Positions 36,560-45,190 of a DNA stretch of 64,000 bases are shown here, piece after piece. Location: NCBI GenBank assembly GCA_022820835.1, contig JAJEET010000123.1, positions 3,608 through 67,607 of the forward strand, written 5' to 3'. This DNA is from Candidatus Poribacteria bacterium (lineage in GTDB: Bacteria; Poribacteria; WGA-4E; WGA-3G). Numbering within the stretch: position 1 is the first letter of the stretch; each line of letters opens with the position of its first letter. The position numbers and the translations under genes are program-made. Under the pieces are notes generated by a model. The model ran no database searches and was not told the DNA's origin. It was given only the letters and a program-made list of their open reading frames with translations.

Positions 36560-37712
36560 CGTTGCTGTTTCTCCGTAGTGAATGCGCTATTTCTAAAAGC
36601 GCGTCCTGAATTTCAGTGATAACCTCATGTTCTGTCTCAACAGTAACTTGTGTTTGTAATATCTGCTCGGCATCTGTACCGCCTATCTGTCCGAGTGCCC
36701 ACGCTGCATGGCTCCGAACCAACGGCTCGTCATCGGTTAACGCTTTTCTAAGTGCCGGAACTGCCCGCTGATCTCCCCAATTGCCGATAGCGACAAGGAC
36801 ATTCCGCAAGAAACCGCGCCGTTTGGCACGTTTGATCGGACTCCCCTTGAATCTTCGACTGAACTCCTGCTGCGTCATACCGATAAGTGATAGTAAGGTC
36901 GGTGCCAAGTTTTCGGCACGCGGTTGAAACGCCGGATCGTCTGTCGGGACTGCTTTGCTGTTCCATGGACAAACTTCTTGACAAATATCACACCCATAGA
37001 TTAAGTTCCCCATCTTAGCGCGGAGCCCCTTCGGAATATGCTCCTTAAGTTCGATGGTTAGATAGGAAATACAGCGTCGGGAGTCCAAGAGATTCGGTTC
37101 AACAAATGCATCCGTAGGACACGCCTCAATGCAGCGTGTGCAAGTACCACAGCTCCCACGGATCGGAAGCGTTTCGGGCTCTAAGGCGATACTCACGAGT
37201 ATCTCTGCAAGGAAGTACCAAGACCCAGAACGCCAATGAATTAGGTTAGTGTTCTTGCCGATCCAACCGACTCCCGCTTTTTGGGCATACTCTCTCTCAA
37301 TAATCGGGGCAGTATCGACGCAGACGCGGACCTGTAATTCGGTCTCGGCGGTCTGCTTAATGAAATCGACGAGTTCTGAGAGTCGTTGACGGATGATGTC
37401 GTGGTAGTCGTCACCCCAGGCATACCTCGAAATCTGTCCACGTGCTGGGTCCTCCGCAAGTGCTTTCGGCGGGTCAAGTGTGTAATAGTTCATTGCCAAA
37501 CTGATAACAGATTTCGCCTCCGATAGAAGTTGACGGACATCCCTCTTGAGCGGAAGATGTTTTTCGAGGTAACCCATCTTTCCGGCATACCCGTTTTCTA
37601 TCCACTGCTGGTAACGCGCAATCGTTTCGCTCTGCGATGCGGGGATAATTCCGACAAGCTCAAATCCGAGCTTGTGTGCACGCCCTTGAATTTGTTCCGT
37701 TAGTGTTGACAT
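36552..37712 (-). CDS. queG: Epoxyqueuosine reductase with C-terminal HEAT-like repeats
   Basis: I set the start at Met17 of the track ORF (ATG 37712..37710). The two 4Fe-4S motifs are CGTCTRCIEACPT and CDICQEVCPWN. It also has ..AVDTAPIIEREYAQKAGVGWIGKNT.. and a HEAT tail ..DDEPLVRSHAAWALGQIG. Confidence 0.85.
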   Translation of the reverse strand: MSTLTEQIQGRAHKLGFELVGIIPASQSETIARYQQWIENGYAGKMGYLEKHLPLKRDVRQLLSEAKSVISLAMNYYTLDPPKALAEDPARGQISRYAWGDDYHDIIRQRLSELVDFIKQTAETELQVRVCVDTAPIIEREYAQKAGVGWIGKNTNLIHWRSGSWYFLAEILVSIALEPETLPIRGSCGTCTRCIEACPTDAFVEPNLLDSRRCISYLTIELKEHIPKGLRAKMGNLIYGCDICQEVCPWNSKAVPTDDPAFQPRAENLAPTLLSLIGMTQQEFSRRFKGSPIKRAKRRGFLRNVLVAIGNWGDQRAVPALRKALTDDEPLVRSHAAWALGQIGGTDAEQILQTQVTVETEHEVITEIQDALLEIAHSLRRNSNDA

Positions 37713-38779
37713 TAGGAAGTCCCGCGCGGATAGGAACCGATAACATTCACGTTCCGACACAAATCTTCAAGCTGCTCAAGTGCTATAATGACGCGTTCGT
37801 CTGCAATATGACCTTTCATTTCAGCAAAAAAGACGTACTCCCAAGGTTTGGTCCTTGAAGGCAGAGACTCCAGATAACTCAGGCTCAACTTAGCCTTCTC
37901 TAAGATACCAAGGGCTCGATGGAGCGCGCCAACCTTGTCTTTAACAGAGAAAAAGAGGGAAGTCCGATCGTGTCCACTTGGATCTGCCATCTGACTTCCG
38001 ATAACGAAGAACCGGGTTGTGTTATTCGGTTCATCCATAATCGCGTTTGCAACAATTGGAATCTGATAAATCTCGCTTGCAAGTTCGCTGGCGATGGCAG
38101 CCGCGAACGGTTCTTCGGCGGCTCTTTGCGCTGCTTCGGATGTACTGACAACCTCAACCTGTTCAACATTACCGAGATGCTGGCTTAACCAGGTCCGACA
38201 TTGCGCAAAAGGTTGCCGATGTGAGTAAATACGCTGGATCTCTGTTATGGGAGATTTTGACAACAAGTGCTGTTTTATCGGTTGAACCGTTTCCGCGCAA
38301 ATCCACAATGGCGTGTGTTGGAAGCGTTCTAAAACGTCCCGCACTGTACCCTGCACCGAATTTTCGATAGCGACGACACCATAATCTGCCCTACCGGATT
38401 CGACTTCAGTAAAGATTTCGACCTGCGGATGGATAGGGATCAACTCCGTTGACGCACCAAAGTGCCGTCGAGCCGCCAAATGTCCAAAACTGCCAACGGG
38501 TCCAAGAAAAGCGACCCGCTCCGGTTCCTGCAAAGAACGCGAGGCAGATAATATCTCGGTCCAGATTGCCTCGAGTGCAGCTTCAGGGAATTTACCTTCA
38601 TTCCGTGTCATCAAGCGTGCGATAACTTCTTTCTGACGGTGCGGGACATAAACCTGGGCAATGCCTGTCTCTGATTTCACTGTACCGACCTTCTTAGAAA
38701 TCTCCGCCCGTTTCTGCAGCAGTGCCAAAATCTGGTCGTCAATCTCGTTGATCTGGTCACGATACTCACTTAATTCCAA
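37712..38779 (-). CDS. pheA: Bifunctional chorismate mutase / prephenate dehydratase (P-protein)
   Basis: The CM domain is LSEYRDQINEIDDQILALLQKRAEIS, the PDT domain is VAFLGPVGSFGHLAA..ENSVQGTV.., and the ACT domain is TSLFFSVKDKVGALHRAL. The start is TTG. The stop TAA overlaps the queG ATG (TAATG). Confidence 0.9.
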   Translation of the reverse strand: MELSEYRDQINEIDDQILALLQKRAEISKKVGTVKSETGIAQVYVPHRQKEVIARLMTRNEGKFPEAALEAIWTEILSASRSLQEPERVAFLGPVGSFGHLAARRHFGASTELIPIHPQVEIFTEVESGRADYGVVAIENSVQGTVRDVLERFQHTPLWICAETVQPIKQHLLSKSPITEIQRIYSHRQPFAQCRTWLSQHLGNVEQVEVVSTSEAAQRAAEEPFAAAIASELASEIYQIPIVANAIMDEPNNTTRFFVIGSQMADPSGHDRTSLFFSVKDKVGALHRALGILEKAKLSLSYLESLPSRTKPWEYVFFAEMKGHIADERVIIALEQLEDLCRNVNVIGSYPRGTS

Positions 38780-38914
38780 TTTTTTTAATTTCCCTTGCGG
38801 TTCGTTTAGGGTTTTCGCGGTGGGTGCGTCGTTCTCCGTTTATCCGCCTCCACTTCGTTTCGGCTAATCGTCCTGGTTAAAAAAAGAGAGATTCGTTTTC
38901 CACAATATACCTCT

Positions 38915-38935
38915 TAACTTATAACTTATAACTTA
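38915..38935. repeat. (AACTTAT)x3 perfect heptamer array upstream of pyrE
   Basis: aacttat aacttat aacttat lies directly before the pyrE start. The same unit recurs at 44146..44173 and, as cttataa, at 51731..51758. Confidence 0.8.
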
Positions 38936-38945
38936 TAATCAACAA

Positions 38946-39464
38946 ATGACAAAAACAGAACTCACAAAACAGATTCGCGAAGCATCGTATCTCACAGGTG
39001 AATTTAAACTTCGTTCCGGAAATATCAGCAATTTCTATTGGGATAAATACCGGTTCGAGAGTGATCCCCTCCTGCTCGCAGCAATCGCTAAAGAGATGGC
39101 GAAACTGCTTCCGCCAACCTGTGACGGATTGGCAGGCTTGGAATTAGGTGGTATCCCGCTCGCAACGGCACTCTCCATGCAGACGGGGATCCCCTGTTTC
39201 TACGTCCGTAAGGAAGCAAAAACCTACGGCACTTGCAACCTCATTGAGGGGGGTGCCAAAGACGATAGCACACTCGTCGTAATAGAGGACGTGGTTACAA
39301 CAGCAGGACAGGTATGTACGTCCATTCAACAGATCCGTGCGGAAGGGTACAACGTAGAGCACGTCGTAGCAGCCATCGATCGGCAAGCTGGCGGCGGTGC
39401 TAAAATTGAGGCACTCGGATGTTCGTTCGCATCCGTGTTCACACTCACAGAATTAGAAGCATAA
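38946..39464 (+). CDS. pyrE: Orotate phosphoribosyltransferase
   Basis: It has GEFKLRSGNISNFYWDKY and the PRPP-binding loop LVVIEDVVTTAGQ. Confidence 0.9.
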   Translation: MTKTELTKQIREASYLTGEFKLRSGNISNFYWDKYRFESDPLLLAAIAKEMAKLLPPTCDGLAGLELGGIPLATALSMQTGIPCFYVRKEAKTYGTCNLIEGGAKDDSTLVVIEDVVTTAGQVCTSIQQIRAEGYNVEHVVAAIDRQAGGGAKIEALGCSFASVFTLTELEA

Positions 39465-39590
39465 ATGGCTAGCGGCTGTCGGTAAGAATGGCTATCGGCT
39501 TTCAGCAAAGAGGCACTCGTTTAATCAAAAGTCTCTGGCTGACGGCTGACGGCTAATCTGCTGACAACTGATAGCCATCCATACGAAAGC
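39465..39590. repeat. Composite palindromic element with GGCTGAC/ATGGCTA-type heptamer arms
   Basis: The left arm is atggcta/gcggctg/tcggtaa/gaatggc/tatcggc. The centre is cagcaaagag..ctctggctg. The right arm is ggctgac/ggctgac/ggctaat/ctgctga/caactga/tagccat. Confidence 0.7.
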
Positions 39591-39602
39591 GATTAGGAGC
39601 AA

Positions 39603-40379
39603 ATGAAGATACTGTTTATCGGAGACATCGTCGGAAACCCGGGGCGAACAGCAACGACGAAATATTTGGAAGAACATCAACACGAATACGACTTTATTGT
39701 CGCAAACGGCGAAAACGCAGCCGGTGGGAAAGGTTTAACGTTTGAAATCGTTGACCAACTCTTGGCATCAGGGGTCTCCGCAATCACGACCGGCAACCAC
39801 GTCTGGGATAACAAAGACATCTTTGAATTTATTGAGACAACGCCGCAGCTGATACGGCCCGCAAACTATCCGACCGAAGTTATCGGACGCGGGGTGACGA
39901 TTGTACCATCTGCCGACGGACAGGCAAAACTCGGTGTCATCAACCTGGCAGGACAAATTTTCATGAGTCCCTATACCAATCCGTTTCACGCACTCGATGC
40001 AATCTTACCCGAAATTAAAGCCGAGACACCGTATATTCTCCTCGACTTTCATGCAGAAGCGACCTCCGAGAAAATCGCAATGGGATGGCATGCCGATGGT
40101 CGTGTCGCCGCTGTCATCGGCACCCATACACATGTCCCGACAGCGGACGCACGCATCCTCCCGCAAGGCACCGCTTATATTACCGATGTCGGCATGACAG
40201 GACCCTACGACTCGGTTATCGGCACACGGATAGACTTTGTACTTGAACGCTTCCTGACAATGATGCCGACCCGTTTCGATGTCGCTAAAGGGAACGTCAA
40301 ACTCTGCGGCGCTGAGATTGAACTCGACGAGAACACAGGACTGGCACGCAGCATCGTGCCACTACAATATCAATATTAA
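39603..40379 (+). CDS. YmdB-like metallophosphoesterase (TIGR00282 family)
   Basis: It reads MKILFIGDIVGNPGR..VANGENAAGG.G....TTGNHVWD..DFHAEATSEK..GTHTHV.TAD. Confidence 0.85.
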   Translation: MKILFIGDIVGNPGRTATTKYLEEHQHEYDFIVANGENAAGGKGLTFEIVDQLLASGVSAITTGNHVWDNKDIFEFIETTPQLIRPANYPTEVIGRGVTIVPSADGQAKLGVINLAGQIFMSPYTNPFHALDAILPEIKAETPYILLDFHAEATSEKIAMGWHADGRVAAVIGTHTHVPTADARILPQGTAYITDVGMTGPYDSVIGTRIDFVLERFLTMMPTRFDVAKGNVKLCGAEIELDENTGLARSIVPLQYQY

Positions 40380-40495
40380 GTAGCCGACAGTTGTCGGAAA
40401 CCTTCAGAAAAGAAAACTCTCACTGCAAGGCAGTTTTATAACGCTTGCATCTTTGCTGACTGCTGATGGCTGACAGCCAATGGCTAATGACTAAC
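40380..40495. repeat. Composite palindromic element (GCTGAYK heptamer arm abutting the xseA start)
   Basis: It begins tagccgacagttgtcggaaaccttcag. The shared core tttataacgcttgcatctttgctga compares with 35903..35928. The arm gctgact/gctgatg/gctgaca/gccaatg/gctaatg runs from 40455 to 40495. Confidence 0.7.
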
Positions 40496-41737
40496 ATGCA
40501 ATTAGAATTTTCGATACCAACAAAAACTGTCCGTAGTGTCAGTGAAATAACAAATCTACTGAAAAAGTTGATAGAGCAACATCCAGCATTCCAAAACGTG
40601 TGGGTGCAAGGACAGGTGTCAAATTACAGTCGCTCCGGCTCTGGACATATCTATTTTACGCTCAAGGATGAGCAGAACCAAATCAATTGTGTCATTTGGC
40701 GGAGTAGTGCAACGCGCCTTCGGTTTTTACCGAAACACGGTGAAGAGATACTTGCACACGGTAAGATTGGTGTTTACGGTCCACAAGGCAAATACCAGAT
40801 TACGGTGAATCAGGTAGAACCTATAGGGATCGGAGCGTTGCAAAGAGCTTTTGAAGAATTGAAGCAACGGCTCACAGACGAAGGACTCTTTGATAACATC
40901 TACAAAAAACCGTTGCCAAAATTCCCGCGCAAAATCGGTGTCGTTACGTCGGCAACTGGTGCCGCATTTCAAGATATCTGTGAGCAGCTTCGCAAACGCT
41001 ACCCGTTAGCTGAAGTATGGCTACATCCGACGCTTGTACAAGGAGATGACGCAGCACAACAGATAGCCGCTGCAATACAAGTGATGAATCAACGAGACGA
41101 TATAGATGTACTCATCGTCGGTCGCGGCGGCGGATCCATCGAAGACCTCTGGGCATTCAACGAAGAACGCGTCGCACGCGCGATTTTCGATGCCAGAATC
41201 CCAGTCGTCTCCGCAGTCGGACACGAAACGGATTTCACCATCGCAGATTGGGTAGCGGACCACCGAGCACCGACACCCTCAGCTGCAGTAGAACACATCG
41301 TCCCAGATCAGGACGAACTTTTCGCACGACTTGATGGTCTCAATACTTGGCTGCGTACAACAATTCAGAACCGATTGAATGGAGATGAAACACGGCTCCA
41401 AGAACTGGAGACACGCCTTGCACCAGCACAACGTAAAGATACCATCAATCAACTTCACCAAACAGTGGATAACTTAGACACGGCATGTCGGAACGCAGTA
41501 AAACGCAACTTAACCGATAGCGAAAACAGGCTACACGCACTCGCACAGCATCTAAACGCACTCAGTCCGTTAGCCACGTTGAAACGCGGGTATAGCATCA
41601 CCCGAAATACAGACGGTCGTGTACTTACCGATGTTGAACAGGTATCCATCGGTGATAAAATCGAGGTTCAACTCTCGCGCGGGCATCTCACGTGTCATAT
41701 TGAAGAATTCTTGGAAAAAAACAACAATAATAAGTAA
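40496..41737 (+). CDS. xseA: Exodeoxyribonuclease VII large subunit
   Basis: It has the OB-fold region VSEITNLLKKLIE..VWVQGQVSNYSR.SGHIYFTLKDE, then GVVTS.TGAA..D and RGGGS.EDLW.FN. I chose the start at ATG 40496 because the 10 upstream track codons lie in the repeat. Confidence 0.9.
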   Translation: MQLEFSIPTKTVRSVSEITNLLKKLIEQHPAFQNVWVQGQVSNYSRSGSGHIYFTLKDEQNQINCVIWRSSATRLRFLPKHGEEILAHGKIGVYGPQGKYQITVNQVEPIGIGALQRAFEELKQRLTDEGLFDNIYKKPLPKFPRKIGVVTSATGAAFQDICEQLRKRYPLAEVWLHPTLVQGDDAAQQIAAAIQVMNQRDDIDVLIVGRGGGSIEDLWAFNEERVARAIFDARIPVVSAVGHETDFTIADWVADHRAPTPSAAVEHIVPDQDELFARLDGLNTWLRTTIQNRLNGDETRLQELETRLAPAQRKDTINQLHQTVDNLDTACRNAVKRNLTDSENRLHALAQHLNALSPLATLKRGYSITRNTDGRVLTDVEQVSIGDKIEVQLSRGHLTCHIEEFLEKNNNNK

Positions 41738-41833
41738 TGCCACATCTAAACGGAAACTGATAACTGAAAACTGAAAGGTTTTCGTAGTAAACCGTACTGA
41801 GTACTGACAACCATTTCCCAATGGAGATACTAA
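41738..41833. repeat. Intergenic element with AAACTGA heptamers and one hairpin module
   Basis: aaactga/taactga/aaactga lies at 41754..41774. It is followed by the module ctgaaa-ggttt-tcgtagt-aaacc-gtactg (41771..41799, minus orientation). Confidence 0.7.
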
Positions 41834-42028
41834 ATGACCTTTGAAGAAAAACTTACAAAACTCACGCAAATCGTTGAACAGCTGGAAACAGGTAACGAAC
41901 TGCCACTCGAAGAATCCCTCAAACTTTTCGAGGAAGGTGTCGGTTTGGTCTCATCCTGTCGGGAAATGCTCGAAACAGCAGAACAGCGGGTTGAAAACGT
42001 TCTCGAAATAGATAACACTTCATCATAG
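41834..42028 (+). CDS. xseB: Exodeoxyribonuclease VII small subunit
   Basis: 64 aa. FEEKLTKLTQIVEQLETGNELPLEESLKLFEEGVGLVSSCREMLETAEQRV is the XseB signature. Confidence 0.9.
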   Translation: MTFEEKLTKLTQIVEQLETGNELPLEESLKLFEEGVGLVSSCREMLETAEQRVENVLEIDNTSS

Positions 42029-42141
42029 ATAGCACTCCTTAAAGTTCCCGCTATGGGGAATTTAGGCGGTTTATAGCAATACCTGCAATTAACGATACAT
42101 CATAGAAATTGGGTTTCAGACCCGCTACATAATACAACACT

Positions 42142-42180
42142 GCAGGCGAGGTTTCAAACCCCGCAAAATAATAGGATTTA
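42142..42180. repeat. Decayed partial copy of the GC-hairpin MITE-like element immediately upstream of dxs
   Basis: gcaggcgagg-tttcaaa-ccccgc followed by aataggattta. Its orientation relative to the downstream start codon is the same as copies A and B. Confidence 0.5.
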
Positions 42181-42183
42181 TAC

Positions 42184-44037
42184 ATGTTCTTAGAAAAAAT
42201 TAATACCCCCGCAGATCTTAAAAAACTTGAAATAGATGAACTTAAAGTCCTCGCGCAAGAGATGCGCGACTATCTACTAACAGTCCTATCTGAACATGCC
42301 GGGCATTTCGCCCCTAACTTCGGAACCGTCGAATTAGCAATAGCCTTGCATGCCGTCTTTGATACACCACGCGATAAAGTTATATGGGACATCGGACATC
42401 AGGCATATCCACATAAACTGCTAACAGGGAGGAGAGAAGCGTTCCCAACACTCAGACAGAGTGGAGGCATCAGCGGATTCCTCACCAGATCAGAGAGTGA
42501 ATATGACGTTTTCGGTGCAGGGCATTCCAGTACCTCTATCGCCGCCGCATTAGGTATCGCCACCGCACGAGACCTCATTAATGAAACTTACAAAGTCGTC
42601 GCAGTGATCGGGGATGGCGGGTTAACTGGTGGCATGGCGTTTGAAGCATTGAACGCCGCAGGCGACTTCAAGAACGATATGGTCGTTATCCTCAACGATA
42701 ACAACATGTCCATTTCTGCAACTGTCGGTGCATTCTCAAAACATTTCCACAAACTCACAAGTTCACCACAGTACAACTTCCTACGCTCTGGCGTCAAAGA
42801 GTTGCTGAACTTAATACCAGCAGATGCAACGCAGATCGCACGCAAAATTGAGGCATCATTGAAACCCGGCACCCTATTTGAGGAATTCGGGTTCCGATAC
42901 TTCGGACCCCTCGACGGAAATGACTTAAAAGCACTGATTCCAGTGCTAACCGGTATCCGTAAACTCACAGGTCCTATCCTGCTCCACGTCGTAACCGAAA
43001 AAGGACGCGGCTACGCACCCGCAGAAGCTGACCCAGTCGGGTTCTATAGTGTCAGTGGTCCCTTCAACCTGAAAACGGGAAAAACTCTGAAACCAAAACC
43101 GCCGATACCGACCTATACGGAAGTGTTCAGCCGAACACTCATTGAACTGGCGAAACGCGACGCACGCGTCGTCGGTGTAACCGCAGCGATGCCGGGCGGA
43201 ACTGGATTGGATAAATTCGGCAACGCCTTTCCGAATCGATGCTTCGATCTCGGATTGGCGGAACAGTGCGCCGTCACGTTTTCCGCAGGACTCGCAGCAC
43301 AAGGAATGCGTCCCGTCACCGCGATTTATTCGACCTTCCTTCAACGGAGTTACGACCAAGTCCTACACGATGTCTGCATCCAAAAACTCCCCGTTGTCTT
43401 CGCTTTGGATAGAAGTGGACTCGTCGGGGCAGACGGTCCAACACACCACGGGGTCTTCGATCTGGCATTCCTCCGTTCAATCCCAAACATCGTCGTGATG
43501 GCACCGAAAGATGAAAACGAATTACAATCTATGGTCAAGACCGCACTCACGTATGAAGAGGGACCCATTGCGTTCCGTTACCCACGCGGGACAGGCATCG
43601 GTGTAAAAATCGCAGCAGAGCCGGAATCCATACCCATCGGAGAAAGCGAAATTGTCAGAGAGGGCAACGATATACTTGTCATCGCTATTGGGAACCGCGT
43701 CTATCCAGCACTTGAGGCAGCACAGACGTTAGCCGATACCGGTATTTCCGCAACGGTTGTCAACGCGCGATTTGTAAAACCGTTAGACACTGCAACAATC
43801 CTGCCGCTCGCGGAACAGATCCGCAAAGTTATTACGATTGAAGACGGTGTACGCATGGGCGGGTTCGGGAGTGCAGTTCTGGAGGCTATCGCAACTGCTG
43901 GTATCACAGACATTCAAGTTATGAACCTCGGTATCCCTGACGAATTCATTGAACACGGTGATATACAACATCTCCATGCACTATGTCAATGCGATGCTGA
44001 CGCTGTTGTCCGCACCGCAGAGAAAATGCTAAAATAG
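42184..44037 (+). CDS. dxs: 1-deoxy-D-xylulose-5-phosphate synthase
   Basis: It reads INTPADLKKL..DIGHQAYPHKLLTGR..GHSSTSI.AALG, has the TPP motif GDGGLTGGMAFEALN..LNDN, and has DRSGLVGADGPTHHG. Confidence 0.95.
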   Translation: MFLEKINTPADLKKLEIDELKVLAQEMRDYLLTVLSEHAGHFAPNFGTVELAIALHAVFDTPRDKVIWDIGHQAYPHKLLTGRREAFPTLRQSGGISGFLTRSESEYDVFGAGHSSTSIAAALGIATARDLINETYKVVAVIGDGGLTGGMAFEALNAAGDFKNDMVVILNDNNMSISATVGAFSKHFHKLTSSPQYNFLRSGVKELLNLIPADATQIARKIEASLKPGTLFEEFGFRYFGPLDGNDLKALIPVLTGIRKLTGPILLHVVTEKGRGYAPAEADPVGFYSVSGPFNLKTGKTLKPKPPIPTYTEVFSRTLIELAKRDARVVGVTAAMPGGTGLDKFGNAFPNRCFDLGLAEQCAVTFSAGLAAQGMRPVTAIYSTFLQRSYDQVLHDVCIQKLPVVFALDRSGLVGADGPTHHGVFDLAFLRSIPNIVVMAPKDENELQSMVKTALTYEEGPIAFRYPRGTGIGVKIAAEPESIPIGESEIVREGNDILVIAIGNRVYPALEAAQTLADTGISATVVNARFVKPLDTATILPLAEQIRKVITIEDGVRMGGFGSAVLEAIATAGITDIQVMNLGIPDEFIEHGDIQHLHALCQCDADAVVRTAEKMLK

Positions 44038-44180
44038 TTATAAGTTATAAGTACGGTTTTTCTGCGAAAAACCTTTCAGTACTCAGTTAAAGAGGTTCTC
44101 TGTGGCAACCTTCACAGAGAACAGAACTGTTCCAAGAACCTTCTTAACTTATAACTTATAACTTATAACTTACCACCATT
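44038..44180. repeat. ~140-bp nested palindromic element (GTTATAA arms, hairpin module, 10-bp inner stem)
   Basis: The left arm is gttataa x2 (44038..44052) and the right arm is aacttat x3-4 (44146..44173). The hairpin module lies at 44051..44079. The inner perfect stem is gttctctgtg / cacagagaac. Confidence 0.8.
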
Positions 44181-45188
44181 ATGCAACGGATAGACACTTT
44201 TCTGGTAGAACACAATTTAGTTGACAGCCGCGAACAAGCGAAACGACTCATCTTGGCAGGCGCAGTAACAGTTAACGGAAACGCCAACATCAAGCCGGGA
44301 CAGCGGATTCCCGATGACGCAGAGGTCATCGTTAAAGAACGCCAAAAATATATCAGTCGTGGCGGGTTCAAACTCGAAAAAGCGTTAAGCACCTTCAATG
44401 TAAACGTGCAAAATCGGGTCGCACTTGATGTAGGGGCATCTACCGGCGGATTTACAGATTGTCTCCTCCAACACGGGGCAAAATTCGTCTATGCCGTTGA
44501 TGTCGGATACGGACAACTCGCATGGAAACTACGAAAACACCCGCAGGTACAGTCTATTGAGAAGACGAATATCAGACATTTAACGCTGCCACTTTTAAGT
44601 AGAGGCGAGGCTACCTCAACCCTACACTTGACCAAGAACTCGTGCCTTAGCAAAAATATCGGTAGCCGAGTTCTTGGTCAAAGCGAAGACTTTATCTCTA
44701 TCGCTGTGATTGACGTCTCCTTTATTTCTCTACGGACGGTTTTGCCGAGCGTCATCAAACTCTTGACACAGCAAAATAGCCGTCAGTCGTCAGCCAACAG
44801 CCGTCAGCAAGAGAGCTCTGGTTTAACAAACAACCTCTTAACTGACGGTTTCCGAAAGCCGATGGTTTCCGACAGTCATTATGATATCATCGCACTGCTC
44901 AAACCGCAGTTTGAAGCCGGAAAAGCACACGTCAAAAAAGGTGGGATTGTGTCCGATAAACAGGTGCATATCGAAACAATAGACAACCTCAGCACTTTCG
45001 CTACGGAGAAACTCGGCGCGACGGTACAAGGGGTAACCTATTCACCAATCCATAAAGCTATCGGTAATATTGAGTACCTGCTATGGCTAACGATGGAGCC
45101 AAATATACAAACGGATGCATTCGGAGATGAAACACCGCAAACGACGGCTGAAGTCGTCGCTGAGGCACACGATTTTTTCAGGGGATAG
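44181..45188 (+). CDS. tlyA: TlyA-family 16S/23S rRNA (cytidine-2'-O)-methyltransferase carrying two repeat-derived in-frame insertions
   Basis: It has the S4 domain RIDTFLVEHNLVDSREQAKRLILAGAV.VNG, then YISRGGFKLEKAL, LDVGASTGGFTDCLLQHGA..VYAVDVGYGQLAWKLR, DVSFISL, KPQFEAGK and GNIEYLLWL. It is about 60 aa longer than typical family members. Confidence 0.85.
   Translation: MQRIDTFLVEHNLVDSREQAKRLILAGAVTVNGNANIKPGQRIPDDAEVIVKERQKYISRGGFKLEKALSTFNVNVQNRVALDVGASTGGFTDCLLQHGAKFVYAVDVGYGQLAWKLRKHPQVQSIEKTNIRHLTLPLLSRGEATSTLHLTKNSCLSKNIGSRVLGQSEDFISIAVIDVSFISLRTVLPSVIKLLTQQNSRQSSANSRQQESSGLTNNLLTDGFRKPMVSDSHYDIIALLKPQFEAGKAHVKKGGIVSDKQVHIETIDNLSTFATEKLGATVQGVTYSPIHKAIGNIEYLLWLTMEPNIQTDAFGDETPQTTAEVVAEAHDFFRG
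44628..44683. repeat. Perfect 15-bp-stem palindrome inside the tlyA coding sequence
   Basis: ttgaccaagaactcg (44628..44642) pairs with cgagttcttggtcaa (44667..44681). A near-identical copy is intergenic at 57419..57471 and carries a compensatory G/C swap in both arms. Confidence 0.8.
44778..44876. repeat. Complete heptamer-armed palindromic element (99 nt = 33 codons) inside the tlyA coding sequence
   Basis: The order is agccgtc/agtcgtc/agccaac/agccgtc, then aagag..ctctt, then ctgacgg/tttccga/aagccga/tggtttc/cgacag. This is the same architecture as the intergenic elements at 39465..39590 and 40380..40495. Confidence 0.7.
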
Positions 45189-45190
45189 CG

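Noticed and set aside
42029-42183. A hidden ispA between xseB and dxs, as expected from the xseB-ispA-dxs synteny known in E. coli and Bacillus.
   Set aside because: The gap is only 155 bp and is occupied by decayed repeat fragments. No ORF is possible, so ispA must lie elsewhere.
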